Source of the DNA: Escherichia coli
Lineage (GTDB): Bacteria > Pseudomonadota > Gammaproteobacteria > Enterobacterales > Enterobacteriaceae
Direction: 5' to 3' (one strand)
DNA: 64,000 nucleotides
Assembly: GCF_013315695.1 (NCBI RefSeq)
Contig: NZ_CP054353.1
In this document: positions 40,359 through 52,604 of the stretch, one piece after another
Numbering within the stretch: the first letter of the stretch is position 1
How the letters are laid out: every line of letters starts with the position of its first letter
Notes under the pieces: generated by a model
Seen by the model: the letters and a program-made list of their open reading frames with translations, nothing else
Told to the model about the DNA's origin: nothing
Databases searched by the model: none
Translations under genes and position numbers: made by a program

Positions 40359-40589
40359 ATGTTTTCGAAGGCGTTATCGGTTGTCTTATTAACGTGTGCA
40401 CTGTTCTCAGGACAACTCATGGCAGGGCACAAAGGACATGAATTTATGTGGGTAAAGAATGTGGATCATCAGCTGCGTCATGAAGCGGACAGCGATGAAT
40501 TGCGTGCTGTGGCGGAAGAGTCGGCGGAAGGTTTGCGCGAGCATTTTTACTGGCAAAAATCGCGCAAACCAGAAGCGGGACAGCGTTGA
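40359..40589 (+). CDS. yncJ: Small secreted protein (DUF2554)
   Basis: 76 aa with signal peptide. Confidence 0.8.
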   Translation: MFSKALSVVLLTCALFSGQLMAGHKGHEFMWVKNVDHQLRHEADSDELRAVAEESAEGLREHFYWQKSRKPEAGQR

Positions 40590-40680
40590 GTCATTTGTTG
40601 CCGGATACGGCGTAACGCCTTACCCGGCCGACAATATCATGCAGATTTGATAAGTTGTGAGTAACCAGAAAACTGGCGTT

Positions 40681-42642
40681 TTACCCTTTTCGCTTCGGCA
40701 ATGTTTTCAGCAGATCATCCGGACTTACGGATGCCACTACGCTTCCCGGTAACGGCATTTTCAGTATGTGATTTTTGATTTTGCCAATGACGTGCATCTC
40801 GCATGGGCGGCAATCAAACTTTAGCGTTAATACTTCATCGCCGTTAACCAGTTGCATTGGCGTTGCCTTCCAGCTTTTGATATTGCCTTTCGCCTGTTTC
40901 GGGCACAGATTAAAGGCAAAGCGCAGACAATGCTTGGTGATCATCACCGGGACTTCGCCCTTCTCTTCATGTGCCTCATACGCCGCGTCAATCAGCTGCA
41001 CACCATAGCGATGATAAAATTCACGCGCTTTCTGGTTGTATACGTTCGCGAGGAAACTCAGATGCGTTTGCGGATAAACCGGCGCAGGATCAGCAACCGG
41101 TTTACGGCTGCCCCGCTGGTAACCGGCAAGACGTGCAGCATCCAGCATGTCGGCGGCTTCACGGCGGAACTGGTTTAACAGACTGTTTGGTACAAACAGC
41201 GCACCCGGCAAATTAATTTGCACATCGCGGGCGTAATAGATGGTTTGCCCCAGTTTTGCCAGACCATCCTTTAGATTGTTCATTGCTTTTTCGGCGTTAT
41301 TGGCTTCGTCGAACTGCCCGTCCAGCGTATGCGTGATGCTGACACCCTCTTCACTGGTGAGGGTCAGAATCAGTTGTTCCTGCCAGCCGCCCAGTTCAAT
41401 GTCTACCGCCACCCGACGTTCGCTGGAGGTTTTTGTCAGTGCCTGCTGCCAGTTATGATCAAGATTACGGTTTAGTGGGTGATGCGGGCGAATTTTGTGC
41501 AAATCTGCTGGCATTTCATTGGGCCAGACGCGGTACTGATTTTCTCCGGTTTTCTCGACCGTATTGGCACGAAAGCCGACGACTTCACGTTTAATCATCA
41601 CGTTCAGGCCATCGCCATTTGCCAGTGGTTCGGAAACGGCAACATCGAGATGATCTTTCGCCACTTTCAATACTTCACCCACCGGCAGGCCGATAAATTT
41701 CGGCGAATCGAACGCGCCAATATCGCCTTTACGGGCATTCACAAAATAATCTGTGCTACCACGGTGGAAAGTCTTTTCCGTCGATGGAACAAAGAAATGT
41801 TCAGTACGACCTGATGAAGCACGCGTCAGATCGCCACGTTCTTCAATAATGGCATCCAGCATCTGGCGATAATGGGCGGTGATATTCTTCACGTAGCTCA
41901 TATCTTTGTAACGCCCTTCAATCTTGAAGGAGCGTACGCCAGCATCAATCAGCGCGCCGAGGTTGGCAGTCTGATCGTTATCTTTCATCGACAGCAGATG
42001 TTTTTCATAGGAAACCACCCGCCCCTGATCGTCTTTCAATGTGTATGGCAAACGGCACGCCTGCGAGCAATCGCCACGGTTGGCGCTACGCCCTGTTTGC
42101 GCATGAGAAATGTAGCACTGACCCGAATAGGCCACGCACAGTGCGCCATGAATAAAGAATTCAATGGTCGCGTCCGTGGCCTGGTGAATCGCGCGGATCT
42201 GCTCAAGATTCAGCTCTCGCGCCAGCACAATCTGCGTAAAGCCAACATCAGAGAGGAACTTCGCTTTTTCTACTGTGCGAATATCGCACTGCGTACTGGC
42301 GTGCAGTTCAATCGGCGGAATATCAAGTTCCAGAATCCCCATATCCTGAACAATCAGCGCATCGACGCCGGTCTGGTAGAGGTCAGTAATCAGCCGTTGC
42401 GCGGGTTCCAGCTCATCATCATGCAAAATTGTGTTAAGCGTGACGAAAATTTTTGCACCATAACGATGGGCAAATGGCACCAGCTCGGCAATATCTTTCA
42501 GGCTATTACTGGCATTATGACGGGCACCAAAACCAGGGCCGCCGATATAAACAGCATCGGCACCGTGCAAAATAGCTTCGCGGGCAATGGCGGCATCGCG
42601 TGCCGGACTTAACAGTTCAAGACGATGAGAAGATACGGTCAC
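40681..42642 (-). CDS. rlhA: Peptidase U32-family protein (rRNA hydroxylation factor RlhA/YdcP); start uncertain (track ORF extends to 42684)
   Basis: About 653-667 aa, U32 family; synteny. Confidence 0.8.
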   Translation of the reverse strand: MTVSSHRLELLSPARDAAIAREAILHGADAVYIGGPGFGARHNASNSLKDIAELVPFAHRYGAKIFVTLNTILHDDELEPAQRLITDLYQTGVDALIVQDMGILELDIPPIELHASTQCDIRTVEKAKFLSDVGFTQIVLARELNLEQIRAIHQATDATIEFFIHGALCVAYSGQCYISHAQTGRSANRGDCSQACRLPYTLKDDQGRVVSYEKHLLSMKDNDQTANLGALIDAGVRSFKIEGRYKDMSYVKNITAHYRQMLDAIIEERGDLTRASSGRTEHFFVPSTEKTFHRGSTDYFVNARKGDIGAFDSPKFIGLPVGEVLKVAKDHLDVAVSEPLANGDGLNVMIKREVVGFRANTVEKTGENQYRVWPNEMPADLHKIRPHHPLNRNLDHNWQQALTKTSSERRVAVDIELGGWQEQLILTLTSEEGVSITHTLDGQFDEANNAEKAMNNLKDGLAKLGQTIYYARDVQINLPGALFVPNSLLNQFRREAADMLDAARLAGYQRGSRKPVADPAPVYPQTHLSFLANVYNQKAREFYHRYGVQLIDAAYEAHEEKGEVPVMITKHCLRFAFNLCPKQAKGNIKSWKATPMQLVNGDEVLTLKFDCRPCEMHVIGKIKNHILKMPLPGSVVASVSPDDLLKTLPKRKG

Positions 42643-42714
42643 TTTCTTATCCAGTAGCTGAAAAATGGCGGCTATTTTAGCCACAAGCGCGACGTTGCGA
42701 AATAGTTTTCCCGC

Positions 42715-43251
42715 TTAACTGCGCGGGTAATGGATGAGGGAATGAAAATGTACGGTTTGCTCCCCTCCATTACGATAGACATGCGTGACGTCTGCAGCAA
42801 ATCGAGCGCCTTCCCCACAATTAAGGCTCTGCCATTCACCATCAACGCACAGATCAAGTTGTCCATCAATGACGACAACATGTTCGATTACTCCCTTCTC
42901 ATGGGGCGTCGATTCACTTATTGCACCGGGTGCCATCTGAATCGAGAAGTGTTCAAAGCAGAGTTGTGGATCATAAGGAAACAGCGAAGTGATCACCATC
43001 GCCTGCTGTTGCGGATCATAAACTGAAGGCGTAGCGGACTGCGGCGGAGAAATAAATGTCGAAAATGGCACATTCAACCCGGTGGCAATTTTCCATAATG
43101 TCGCGACCGTCGGGCTGGACTCATTACGCTCAATCTGCCCTAACATCGCTTTAGAAACGCCTGTCGCTTCTGCCAGTCGCGAAAGACTCCAGCCGCGCTG
43201 CTGACGTAGTTGTTTAAGTGTGGTGGATAAAAAGCGAGTGAGATTTTCCAT
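42715..43251 (-). CDS. ydcN: XRE-family HTH regulator with cupin domain
   Basis: 178 aa. Confidence 0.85.
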   Translation of the reverse strand: MENLTRFLSTTLKQLRQQRGWSLSRLAEATGVSKAMLGQIERNESSPTVATLWKIATGLNVPFSTFISPPQSATPSVYDPQQQAMVITSLFPYDPQLCFEHFSIQMAPGAISESTPHEKGVIEHVVVIDGQLDLCVDGEWQSLNCGEGARFAADVTHVYRNGGEQTVHFHSLIHYPRS

Positions 43252-43342
43252 GTGACTCCTCCGGCAAAGCGGAAGTTTATCACTTGTGCGTTATAACGGA
43301 CAAATGCTACGGTACCTGTACGCTATAACGCACGAGGTGACC

Positions 43343-44515
43343 ATGCGTCTGTTTTCTATTCCTCCACCCACGCTACTGGCGGGGTTTCTGGCGGTATTAA
43401 TTGGCTACGCCAGTTCAGCGGCAATAATCTGGCAAGCAGCGATTGTCGCCGGAGCCACCACTGCACAAATCTCTGGCTGGATGACGGCGCTGGGGCTGGC
43501 AATGGGCGTCAGTACGCTGACTCTGACATTATGGTATCGCGTACCTGTTCTCACTGCATGGTCAACGCCTGGCGCGGCTTTGTTGGTCACCGGATTGCAG
43601 GGACTAACACTTAACGAAGCCATCGGCGTTTTTATTGTCACCAACGCGTTAATAGTCCTCTGCGGCATAACGGGACTCTTTGCTCGTCTGATGCGCATTA
43701 TTCCGCACTCGCTTGCGGCGGCAATGCTTGCCGGGATTTTATTACGCTTTGGTTTACAGGCGTTTGCGAGCCTGGATGGTCAATTTACGTTGTGTGGCAG
43801 TATGTTGCTGGTATGGCTGGCAACCAGGGCCGTTGAGCCGCGCTATGCGGTAATTGCCGCGATGATTATTGGGGTCGTGATCGTTATCGCGCAAGGTGAC
43901 GTTGTCACAACTGATGTTGTCTTTAAACCCGTTCTCCCCACTTATATTAGCCCTGATTTTTCGTTTGCTCACAGCCTGAGCGTTGCACTCCCCCTTTTTC
44001 TGGTGACGATGTCATCGCAAAACGCACCGGGTATCGCAGCAATGAAAGCAGCCGGGTATTCGGCTCCTGTTTCGCCGTTGATTGTGTTTACTGGATTGCT
44101 GGCACTGGTTTTTTCCCCTTTCGGCGTTTATTCCGTCGGTATTGCGGCAATCACCGCGGCTATTTGCCAAAGCCCGGAAGCGCATCCGGATAAAGATCAA
44201 CGTTGGCTGGCCGCTGCCGTTGCAGGCATTTTCTATTTGCTCGCAGGTCTGTTTGGTAGTGCCATTACCGGGATGATGGCTGCCCTGCCCGTAAGTTGGA
44301 TCCAGATGCTGGCAGGTCTGGCGCTGTTGAGTACCATTGGCGGCAGTTTGTATCAGGCGCTGCATAATGAGCGTGAGCGCGACGCGGCGGTGGTGGCATT
44401 TCTGGTAACGGCAAGTGGATTGACGCTGGTCGGGATTGGTTCTGCGTTTTGGGGATTAATTGCCGGAGGCGTTTGTTACGTGGTGTTGAATTTAATCGCT
44501 GACAGAAACCGATAA
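43343..44515 (+). CDS. ydcO: BenE-family benzoate-type membrane transporter
   Basis: Start MRLFSIPPPTLLAGF inside track ORF; about 390 aa. Confidence 0.85.
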   Translation: MRLFSIPPPTLLAGFLAVLIGYASSAAIIWQAAIVAGATTAQISGWMTALGLAMGVSTLTLTLWYRVPVLTAWSTPGAALLVTGLQGLTLNEAIGVFIVTNALIVLCGITGLFARLMRIIPHSLAAAMLAGILLRFGLQAFASLDGQFTLCGSMLLVWLATRAVEPRYAVIAAMIIGVVIVIAQGDVVTTDVVFKPVLPTYISPDFSFAHSLSVALPLFLVTMSSQNAPGIAAMKAAGYSAPVSPLIVFTGLLALVFSPFGVYSVGIAAITAAICQSPEAHPDKDQRWLAAAVAGIFYLLAGLFGSAITGMMAALPVSWIQMLAGLALLSTIGGSLYQALHNERERDAAVVAFLVTASGLTLVGIGSAFWGLIAGGVCYVVLNLIADRNR

Positions 44516-44518
44516 TAA

Positions 44519-44541
44519 AAAGCGCCATCTAACGATGGCGC
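44519..44541. terminator. Hairpin between convergent ydcO and ydcL
   Basis: gcgccatc-taac-gatggcgc. Confidence 0.5.
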
Positions 44542-44549
44542 GGCTGGAA

Positions 44550-45218
44550 TTACTTTTTGTTAACGTCAAACATGGTGGCATCGGTCGCCATGTCATCAAT
44601 AACTTGTTTAATATTTTCGAAAGCCATTGGCGTACTTTCGTTATTCAGGTCTTTACCTTCGCCCTGACGAACGACTTTGATAACCGGTTTATTAGTCGCT
44701 GCATCAATCAGCTCACCTTCAAAATAGAGGCGAGTATCCATGGTACGGTGGCCTGTAGCCATTTGCGTCCCCGCAACCACTAATGCAACAGGAACCACTT
44801 CATAGAATTGCAGCCCTTCTTTGCTGGTATCTACACCGGTAATGGCCCCACGGAAAATCAGACTACGCGGCCCAGCGGTGGTAACCAGTGGTTTACGCTG
44901 CGCTATCGCTTCTTTCATTTCGGTGTTGGTATAGTTCAAAATTTTATCCAGAACTTTCTGCCCTACCTGGGTAGAAGGTTTTGGTACCGGATAATAAGTG
45001 ATTGGGTTCCAGACGATGCTGTCATATTTGCTTTGATCAAAACTCGGGTCTACCCAACGTAAAACAGGTTTACCTGTTGCTGAGGTTGTTTCTTTTAAAT
45101 CAGAGTAATTGTTTAAAAAACCAGAATATTTATCTGGCTGGGTGATTTTAGAGGCACAACCAGACAGAGCCAACAAGCCGCATAAAGCTGCAACTTTCGC
45201 AAATGATGTGGTACGCAT
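44550..45218 (-). CDS. ydcL: Lipoprotein (DUF3313)
   Basis: 222 aa, lipobox LALSGC. Confidence 0.85.
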   Translation of the reverse strand: MRTTSFAKVAALCGLLALSGCASKITQPDKYSGFLNNYSDLKETTSATGKPVLRWVDPSFDQSKYDSIVWNPITYYPVPKPSTQVGQKVLDKILNYTNTEMKEAIAQRKPLVTTAGPRSLIFRGAITGVDTSKEGLQFYEVVPVALVVAGTQMATGHRTMDTRLYFEGELIDAATNKPVIKVVRQGEGKDLNNESTPMAFENIKQVIDDMATDATMFDVNKK

Positions 45219-45520
45219 GAATAGTTTCCTGAGATGATTATATTACTTTTTAAGTTATAGCAAAAAGCACCGCTTCGTGTTGTGGCAAAAAAAGTGTTGG
45301 TGAAAATAAATTTTTCAGCCCCTTTTCAGACGACATAGTCAATGCCGAAAAAGGGGCTAAGTCAATCATCAGTAGTTAAATATCAGTGCGTTAATCTGAT
45401 GAAAAACTTCGACTACCGTGATTAATTTCACATCCTTTTGATTAAAAATATGCTTACCGAAAAGAAGAACAGTAAACCATCTCAGCGTGGGGAATTTTCA
45501 CGCGCTTTGTTCTTACCGGA

Positions 45521-46114
45521 TCATTTTTTACGTGCCAGCATCGTGGCGAAACGCAGTTTAATACGATTACCGTTGGCGTCGGTGCGGTGCAGCTCGCCGA
45601 CGTCTTCATTGTATTTCACCCTCTCCCAGCCTTCGTAATATCGACGTAATTCTCCCTCTTTGAAGGCAAACGGGAAGCCGACGGTACATGGATAATCAGC
45701 GGTATCCATCGCCGCCACAATCAGGTTGTAACCACCAGGTTTAGTGCAACGTTGCATATTGGCAATCAGCCCTGGGATGGTTTTAGCCTCAAGGAACATC
45801 AGCACCACAGTCGAAAGAATAAAATCGTACTGTCCATCAAATGTGAGGTTATTCAGATCAACGACCCGAGTGTGTAAATTATCCAGATTTTCAATAGATT
45901 TAATGCGCTCAACGTTGGCGATACTCATGGCATTTTTATCCCATGCGTCAACATCATAACCATTGGCTGCCAGGTAAAGACTGTTACGACCATTGCCACA
46001 GCCCAGATCCAGCGTTTTACCCGGTTTAACCACTTTCACCGATTCCAGTACTTCAGAGTGTGTGCGGGTTAATTCATATTTATCAGTAAAATAGTTTTCG
46101 TCACGAATGATCAT
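45521..46114 (-). CDS. tehB: Tellurite methyltransferase
   Basis: 197 aa SAM-dependent methyltransferase. Confidence 0.9.
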   Translation of the reverse strand: MIIRDENYFTDKYELTRTHSEVLESVKVVKPGKTLDLGCGNGRNSLYLAANGYDVDAWDKNAMSIANVERIKSIENLDNLHTRVVDLNNLTFDGQYDFILSTVVLMFLEAKTIPGLIANMQRCTKPGGYNLIVAAMDTADYPCTVGFPFAFKEGELRRYYEGWERVKYNEDVGELHRTDANGNRIKLRFATMLARKK

Positions 46115-47103
46115 TCTTTGTCCTCTGCTTTCATTAAAACGGCGCGCTCGGTTCTGACTAACAATTTTCCCTGCATCAGAAGCGCAAAAGTACGGATGAG
46201 CAGTATTGCAATAATAAAATTGGTAAAGATAAACAGCGGCACCGCCAGCGTATGGAAAAATCCATTATCGCTGCCACTCCCCAGATGCAAACCGGTGGTT
46301 GCCAGTGCAGATACGCCGAACGAGAAACTCCAGAATGAAGCATTAAATGGCTGGGAGAGATACCATGGCATCAGACGTAGCATAAACAGCAGTTGCAGCA
46401 GTCCATAACCGAAAAGCATTTTCGCCAGCGTGTCACCCTCGCCGCCGTTGACGCTCAGCCAGGCACTACAGGCCACCAGCGCAGGAGCGAGCTGAATGCC
46501 GAGTGATGTCCTCAGTGCCGTGGGTAATTCTCCCGAACTGCGCAGACGCTGCAAGATCACCGGTTCCAGGCTTAGCCATGAGAAAACGCCTGCGCCTAAA
46601 AACACCAGACCGGCGTCGGTGTAGCCCAACGCACCACAGGCCATTGCGCTGATAAAGTTGTTGGCAACTGTCGGCAGATACAGTCCAGGCGTGGTAGCTT
46701 CTTCAGGGTGAGATCCGCGCCATAATCCCGCAGTTTGCCAGGCGGCATAAGCCAACTGAACCACGACACCAAAACTGAACAGGCACACCGCCAGTGGGCG
46801 AAACCACGGAACAAAACCAATCGCCACCAGCATCGTCGTTGCCGGAAACAAACTCACAAAACTGCTCAGCACTGGATGGCGCACTTCTGCCAGCACGCTA
46901 TGCGGAAAGCGTATGAGTCGGGTAATAAATGCGCCAGTCAATAATCCCCAGATGATCATCGCCAGAATCACCAGCCCATCCCCCAACCAGTGGCTGACCT
47001 GCCAAACCTGGCTGGCATAGCGCCAGGCAAATCCCATCCCTATCGTCCCCAACACAATACCAAAGTAGCCTGCCGGCAAATTGAGCACTTTATCGCTCTG
47101 CAT
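46111..47103 (-). CDS. tehA: Tellurite resistance / dicarboxylate-type membrane transporter
   Basis: Start [15 protein letters not shown] inside track ORF; 330 aa; ATGA overlap with tehB. Confidence 0.9.
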   Translation of the reverse strand: MQSDKVLNLPAGYFGIVLGTIGMGFAWRYASQVWQVSHWLGDGLVILAMIIWGLLTGAFITRLIRFPHSVLAEVRHPVLSSFVSLFPATTMLVAIGFVPWFRPLAVCLFSFGVVVQLAYAAWQTAGLWRGSHPEEATTPGLYLPTVANNFISAMACGALGYTDAGLVFLGAGVFSWLSLEPVILQRLRSSGELPTALRTSLGIQLAPALVACSAWLSVNGGEGDTLAKMLFGYGLLQLLFMLRLMPWYLSQPFNASFWSFSFGVSALATTGLHLGSGSDNGFFHTLAVPLFIFTNFIIAILLIRTFALLMQGKLLVRTERAVLMKAEDKE

Positions 47104-47226
47104 CTTCTTACTCATTTTGTTTAATTTATAAAGTATATTTGAAATGCATTTTATGGAATTTTCTCGAGCATAGCCAGAGCCGCAGAATTTGCTACGGTTA
47201 TAGTAAGTCACCTGTGGGAAAACGCT

Positions 47227-48207
47227 ATGCGCAAATATCGTCTAAGTGAAGAACAGCGAGCCTTTAGTTATCAGGAAGATGGCACTAAAAAAAATGTGTT
47301 ATTACGGCAGATTATCGCCATTAGCGATTTTAACGATGTGATAGCAGGAACCGCTGGCGGCTGGATCGATCGCGAAACGGTGTTAGCACAGGAAGGAAAT
47401 TGCTGGATTTACGACCAGAATGCTATTGCGTTCGGCGGAACGGTGATTTCCGGGAATACGCGTATCACCGGCACCAGCGTGCTGTGGGGAGAGGTTTACG
47501 CAACGGATAATGTCTGGATCGATAATAGTGAAATCAGCCAGGGTGCATATATAAGTGACAGTGTCACCATTAGTGACTCATTAGTTTGCGGTCAATGTAG
47601 AATATTTGGTCACGCCTTAATTGATCAACATTCTATGATCGTCGCCGCACAAGGCTTAACGCCCGACCATCAACTCCTGCTACAAATTTATGATCGCGCG
47701 AGGGTTAGCGCCTCGCGGATTGTCCACCAGGCACAAATTTATGGCGATGCCGTCGTCCGGTATGCTTTTATTGAACATCGCGCCGAAGTTTTTGATTTTG
47801 CCAGTATTGAGGGTAATGAAGAGAACAACGTCTGGCTATGCGATTGTGCTAAAGTCTACGGTCACGCGCAGGTGAAAGCTGGCATAGAAGAAGATGCCAT
47901 TCCGACGATTCATTACAGTTCGCAGGTGGCGGAATATGCCATTGTGGAAGGTAATTGTGTGTTAAAACATCATGTCTTGATTGGCGGAAATGCCGTGGTA
48001 CGTGGCGGACCGATTCTGCTCGACGAGCACGTTGTCATACAAGGTGAGAGCCGTATTACAGGTGCGGTGATAATTGAAAACCATGTGGAGTTAACCGACC
48101 ACGCCGTCGTTGAAGCCTTTGATGGCGACACGGTTCATGTCCGTGGTCCAAAAGTCATTAACGGCGAGGAGCGCATTACGCGAACGCCGCTGGCAGGGTT
48201 ATTGTGA
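47227..48207 (+). CDS. ydcK: Hexapeptide-repeat protein
   Basis: 326 aa. Confidence 0.85.
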   Translation: MRKYRLSEEQRAFSYQEDGTKKNVLLRQIIAISDFNDVIAGTAGGWIDRETVLAQEGNCWIYDQNAIAFGGTVISGNTRITGTSVLWGEVYATDNVWIDNSEISQGAYISDSVTISDSLVCGQCRIFGHALIDQHSMIVAAQGLTPDHQLLLQIYDRARVSASRIVHQAQIYGDAVVRYAFIEHRAEVFDFASIEGNEENNVWLCDCAKVYGHAQVKAGIEEDAIPTIHYSSQVAEYAIVEGNCVLKHHVLIGGNAVVRGGPILLDEHVVIQGESRITGAVIIENHVELTDHAVVEAFDGDTVHVRGPKVINGEERITRTPLAGLL

Positions 48208-48738
48208 ATCGATAATACGCGCGTATAAGTTCACATCATCATAGGCATCATTCAGAAACTCAGCCTGTTTCAGGCAACCTTCAAGGATAAAACCATTGCG
48301 CAAAGCGACCTGGTTGCTTTGCGGATTGTCCACCCGACATTTGATCACGAAGCGTCTAAGTTCACCAGACTGAGCGTAATGATGAATCAATGCCTGCAGC
48401 GCCTGAGAAATGATCCCCTGCCCCTGATGAGATTCGTCCAGCCAGTAGCCGATTTCAGCGGTTTTATTCAGTGGTTCAATACGATTAAACGAGATAACGC
48501 CGATAAGTTCATCTTCTTTGAAAATCATGAACATTTTGGCATATCCGCGTTGATGCAACATTACATTGCCCTGCACCGTTTTTCGCGTGTCCTCTTCACT
48601 TTGAACAAACTGCGGCCAGTTTAGCGACTGCTGTAGCCAGGTTCTATTTTTACAGATTAACTGATAAAGAGGTGTGACATGACTTTCTGCAACAGCATGT
48701 AATTCAAGTGATTCACTTACTTTTATCGTTTCGGTCAT
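48199..48738 (-). CDS. rimL: Ribosomal protein L7/L12 serine acetyltransferase
   Basis: Start [13 protein letters not shown]; 179 aa; 3' ends of ydcK and rimL overlap. Confidence 0.88.
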   Translation of the reverse strand: MTETIKVSESLELHAVAESHVTPLYQLICKNRTWLQQSLNWPQFVQSEEDTRKTVQGNVMLHQRGYAKMFMIFKEDELIGVISFNRIEPLNKTAEIGYWLDESHQGQGIISQALQALIHHYAQSGELRRFVIKCRVDNPQSNQVALRNGFILEGCLKQAEFLNDAYDDVNLYARIIDSQ

Positions 48739-48800
48739 CTTATCTCCAGTCACTCCATGCAGTTGTTAAAAAAGCCGCCTGGCTGGCGGCTTAGGAAAGT

Positions 48801-49025
48801 TTACACCTCTTTGACGCTCTCCTGCTGCAGGATTTTGAGCATCTCATCTTTTAACTGTAGCTTTTGTTTTTTCATGCGGACCACTTCCGCATTGTACCCT
48901 CGACCGTCGGAACCTTCCTTTCTGGCAATTTCATGATCAAGTTTATTGTGTTTATCGAACAAGGACATAAAGCGAGGATTTTCGTTTTTCAGACGGGATA
49001 TTAAATCTCGATATTCTGGAAACAT
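48801..49025 (-). CDS. ydcH: Small protein DUF465
   Basis: about 74 aa. Confidence 0.8.
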   Translation of the reverse strand: MFPEYRDLISRLKNENPRFMSLFDKHNKLDHEIARKEGSDGRGYNAEVVRMKKQKLQLKDEMLKILQQESVKEV

Positions 49026-49164
49026 ACGCACTCCCTGTTAGTGGCTGACAAGGTGTATCTGAAATACACACCATCAGATTACTCATTTAACTTAGGGAAA
49101 AATGCGAGCGGGATCGTGTTTAACCAGACGGCACCTCCCGAAGAAGGTGCCGAAGAAAAAACGA

Positions 49165-50820
49165 TTAACTCATCACGCGGTCGTCAACATACTGACGTTT
49201 ATCGGGCGCTGGCGGGAAATACTGATACAGCCATGTTTCACTGATAGCGTCGCCCTGACAACGCAGATACATCCGCATATCGACCGGATCAGTGGAGTCC
49301 GAAGTCGGATACCAGTCAAACTGAATACGATAACCATCAATGGGTTCAATATAGAGAATTTCGATTTGCTTCGCTTCCCCACTGGAAAGCGTAATCACCG
49401 GCTCAATGCCTTTTGGCGCGGCAGCTTTCAGATCACCACCAACGAAATCGACGGCAAAACGACGCGCCCATTTTTCGGGATAGTGTTCACCTGGAGCCCA
49501 ACCTTCCGGGAAACCACCCATGCCGGTACGCGTCGCCATAACGCGCGCTAATGGGCAATGAACAGGCGGTTGCGCACTCCAGTACAGACGATACTGGAAT
49601 GCAAACTCATCACCCGCTTTTACAGCTTTTTCTGGCTGCCAGAAGCAGACAATGTTATCCAGCGTTTCGCCCGTTGTTGGGATTTCCATCAGGCCGATGG
49701 TGCCCTTACCCCACTTGTTACGCGGTTCCACCCACAGACTTGGGCGTTTGTTATACCAGCCCATAATGTCCTGATAATGGGAGAAATCACGATCCAGTTG
49801 CAATAAACCAAACCCTTTCGGGTTGTTGTCGGTGTAAGCATTGAACTGCAATTTTTGCGGATTGTTCAGCGGACGACAAATCCACTCGCCGTTGCCCCGC
49901 CACATGGACAAACGATCAGAGTCATGGATTTGCGGATGAATGGTGTCGCACATCCGACGTTCATTAGTACCGCAGCTGAACATACTGGTCATCGGCGCAA
50001 TGCCCAGCTGTTTAATGTCTTTGCGCGCATACAGGTGATTTTCCACATCCATAATCACCTGACTTTTCTCGCAATGGATAGTGAACTTATAGGCACCAGT
50101 AATGCTGGCGCTATCGAGCAACGCATAAACGGTAAAGGTGGTTGCCCCCGGTTTTACCGTATCAAACCAGAAGGCGGTAAAGTCGGGGAACTCTTCTTTA
50201 CTGTCGGTGTAAGTGTCGATCGCCAGGCCGCGAGCCGATAGACCGTATTGATATGTGTCGTCAACGGCGCGGAAATAACTCGCACCGAGGAATGATACGA
50301 CATCACGGCGCGCCAGTTCGGGGGCTTTAAACACGCGAAAACCGGCAAAACCGAGATCGCTTTGCCCTTCTAATTGTTTGGTATCAACACCCGCATCGTT
50401 GTATTTGAACAACTCCGGGCGAAAGTGAATTTCACGCGCCAGATGTGTTGCGGGATCTACAGAAAACATACGAACGCGGCGACGGAATCCCATTCCCATA
50501 TGGAAGAACTGAGCGTCCAGTTGACGGTTCTCAACGTTATGCCAGAGCGATTTTTCGGCGTCGTATTGAATACTGTTATAAGCCTGCGGCGTCATTGTCG
50601 CCAGAGTGTCAGGTAACGGACGCGGCGCACCACGCCACGCTGTTTGCGCTAAGTCGTGCGCCATTGACTGTAGAATGGAGAAGTCAAAACGCTGGGTTTG
50701 CCCGTCGGCAATATCAGAATCTGCCGCGAATGCCGCCTGAGAAAAAAGAGAAGCAATGCCGCTGGTACCGCACACGGCGGCCATAGCCATTGAACCTTTA
50801 ATAAATCGTCTACGATCCAT
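49165..50820 (-). CDS. opgD: Osmoregulated periplasmic glucan biosynthesis protein D
   Basis: 551 aa with Tat signal [15 protein letters not shown]. Confidence 0.9.
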   Translation of the reverse strand: MDRRRFIKGSMAMAAVCGTSGIASLFSQAAFAADSDIADGQTQRFDFSILQSMAHDLAQTAWRGAPRPLPDTLATMTPQAYNSIQYDAEKSLWHNVENRQLDAQFFHMGMGFRRRVRMFSVDPATHLAREIHFRPELFKYNDAGVDTKQLEGQSDLGFAGFRVFKAPELARRDVVSFLGASYFRAVDDTYQYGLSARGLAIDTYTDSKEEFPDFTAFWFDTVKPGATTFTVYALLDSASITGAYKFTIHCEKSQVIMDVENHLYARKDIKQLGIAPMTSMFSCGTNERRMCDTIHPQIHDSDRLSMWRGNGEWICRPLNNPQKLQFNAYTDNNPKGFGLLQLDRDFSHYQDIMGWYNKRPSLWVEPRNKWGKGTIGLMEIPTTGETLDNIVCFWQPEKAVKAGDEFAFQYRLYWSAQPPVHCPLARVMATRTGMGGFPEGWAPGEHYPEKWARRFAVDFVGGDLKAAAPKGIEPVITLSSGEAKQIEILYIEPIDGYRIQFDWYPTSDSTDPVDMRMYLRCQGDAISETWLYQYFPPAPDKRQYVDDRVMS

Positions 50821-51044
50821 ACCTGAAAGTGAGTCCTTCTGGTGTTGTGAATGGTCCCGCGCTGAACGTTTTCAGCGGCAAGAAAGTGCTTATTTATGAC
50901 CGCTCACTCTAGACAATATTTATTAATAATCCAATTGTTGAACTGAGAGAATATGCATAAATCGGCAATTTTTTTATGTCGATGGGATGAGCCTGATTCG
51001 TTTGTAAAATCAGGCAAATTTTTGCAAAGGCGGATGGTCAGAAT

Positions 51045-52388
51045 TTAAAGCAAACCACAGCGACGTTTACTGCGTTCTTCCGCTTCCTGATAAAGCTGGA
51101 ACTCATCCAAAACCGGGCAGCCCAACGCCTGCTCAAATGCTTCGCGACTGGCATTACCGTGACTGCGTGCCTGCGTTTCATTACCCAGATTTGACTGGAA
51201 GATCCCCGCCGCGCTAACAGGCAAGAAATCTTCATAGGTAATGGGTTGCGCCACTACCCAACCACGTTCAATTAAGGGCTGTGGATCGTCTCCGGGATGA
51301 ATCGCCTGACGATGCGCCTCACCTGAAGGCGTCAGACGGTACCGGAACCATGCCAACCCTTGCTGACGCATTAAAAACTCACTGTCAGGAAAAGTGCGGA
51401 AGGTTTCCTGTAAATGCATTTGGTGAGTGAGATTATCCTGCCCGGTTCCAGCGTTCCGCAGTAGATCATCATACAGTTGTCGTCCTTTCGGCGTTAATGC
51501 CACGCCACGCTGCTCTATTTCACCAAAGCGCGCGGTATGCGTGCCCTGTTTCTGCCCTGCAAACAACACCGTCTCTTCCAGTGCTTTAAAGCTGGTCTGG
51601 CGTAGTAAAATAGGTACCTCGCGGCGCGGCGGCCCTTCGATCAGAATTTTGGGTTCAATCCCGCATTCAGGCATCATCGACTGCACCCGGTCAATATCCA
51701 GCGTACGTGGCGTCAGGTGGTTGATATGGCATCCAGGAAAACAGACCACATCAGCAATCAACCGATGTTCGTTGTGCAAGGCGCGATAGGTTTCTTCATC
51801 TACCGTTGCTGACTGGTGCCAACGAAACGTTTCCAGGGCTTCCTGCACAAACTCCTGTGCCTGTGTTTCGTTAAAACCGCCCCGCTGCTCATACTCCTCT
51901 AACAGTTGTCGACAACGTGGGGTGAAGATATCGCGCTGACGCAGAATCTCCGCCGCTTTCTGGCGCAAAAATTCGTTCTCGATAAGCTCAAGGCGGAGTA
52001 ATGAGGTAAAAACGCGGAAGGGATTACGCGCCAGAGAAGCATCATCAATGGGCCGAAATGCTGTGGAATGTACCGGCACTCCCGCCTGCGAGAGATCGTA
52101 ATAGCTCACCGGGTACATCCCCATAATGGCAAACATCCGCCGAAGAGTAGCAAGCTCTTGTGCAGTCCCAACACGAATCGCCCCATGACGTTCAACATTC
52201 AGTCGCGCCAGCTCGTCTGCATTTACCATTTTTTCGTGCAGTTGAGGATTGTTTTCCAGCACAGCCAGATTCACATCAGCTACCAGTTCCAGCAGCGTGC
52301 CGTACTGCGGAACTTCTTGCTGGTACATGGCTGACATTGCCTGCGAAAACTGTTCCCGAATCTCATCCGCCGTGATGCTGTTCGCCAT
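51045..52388 (-). CDS. ydcJ: Uncharacterised protein (DUF1338 family)
   Basis: 447 aa, synteny. Confidence 0.85.
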   Translation of the reverse strand: MANSITADEIREQFSQAMSAMYQQEVPQYGTLLELVADVNLAVLENNPQLHEKMVNADELARLNVERHGAIRVGTAQELATLRRMFAIMGMYPVSYYDLSQAGVPVHSTAFRPIDDASLARNPFRVFTSLLRLELIENEFLRQKAAEILRQRDIFTPRCRQLLEEYEQRGGFNETQAQEFVQEALETFRWHQSATVDEETYRALHNEHRLIADVVCFPGCHINHLTPRTLDIDRVQSMMPECGIEPKILIEGPPRREVPILLRQTSFKALEETVLFAGQKQGTHTARFGEIEQRGVALTPKGRQLYDDLLRNAGTGQDNLTHQMHLQETFRTFPDSEFLMRQQGLAWFRYRLTPSGEAHRQAIHPGDDPQPLIERGWVVAQPITYEDFLPVSAAGIFQSNLGNETQARSHGNASREAFEQALGCPVLDEFQLYQEAEERSKRRCGLL

Positions 52389-52604
52389 AGTGTCTGCCTC
52401 CAGTGGTCAGTAATCTGGAGTGTAGGTAACCGCATTCACTCCGGCGGGAAGAATTTACAAACTGTGATCTCGCCGCGAAAACATCAATATTATCCATTTT
52501 GCTGTAACATAATTGCTTTAATTGTTAATAATATTTTGCAATCAAGTTATCATAATCAAACAACTTCACTTGTCAGCGACACCGCTTCGTTTTTAACATC
52601 GCTT

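Noticed and set aside
41872-42612. 246-aa plus-strand ORF
   Set aside because: Lies entirely antisense within the peptidase U32 gene (ydcP/rlhA).
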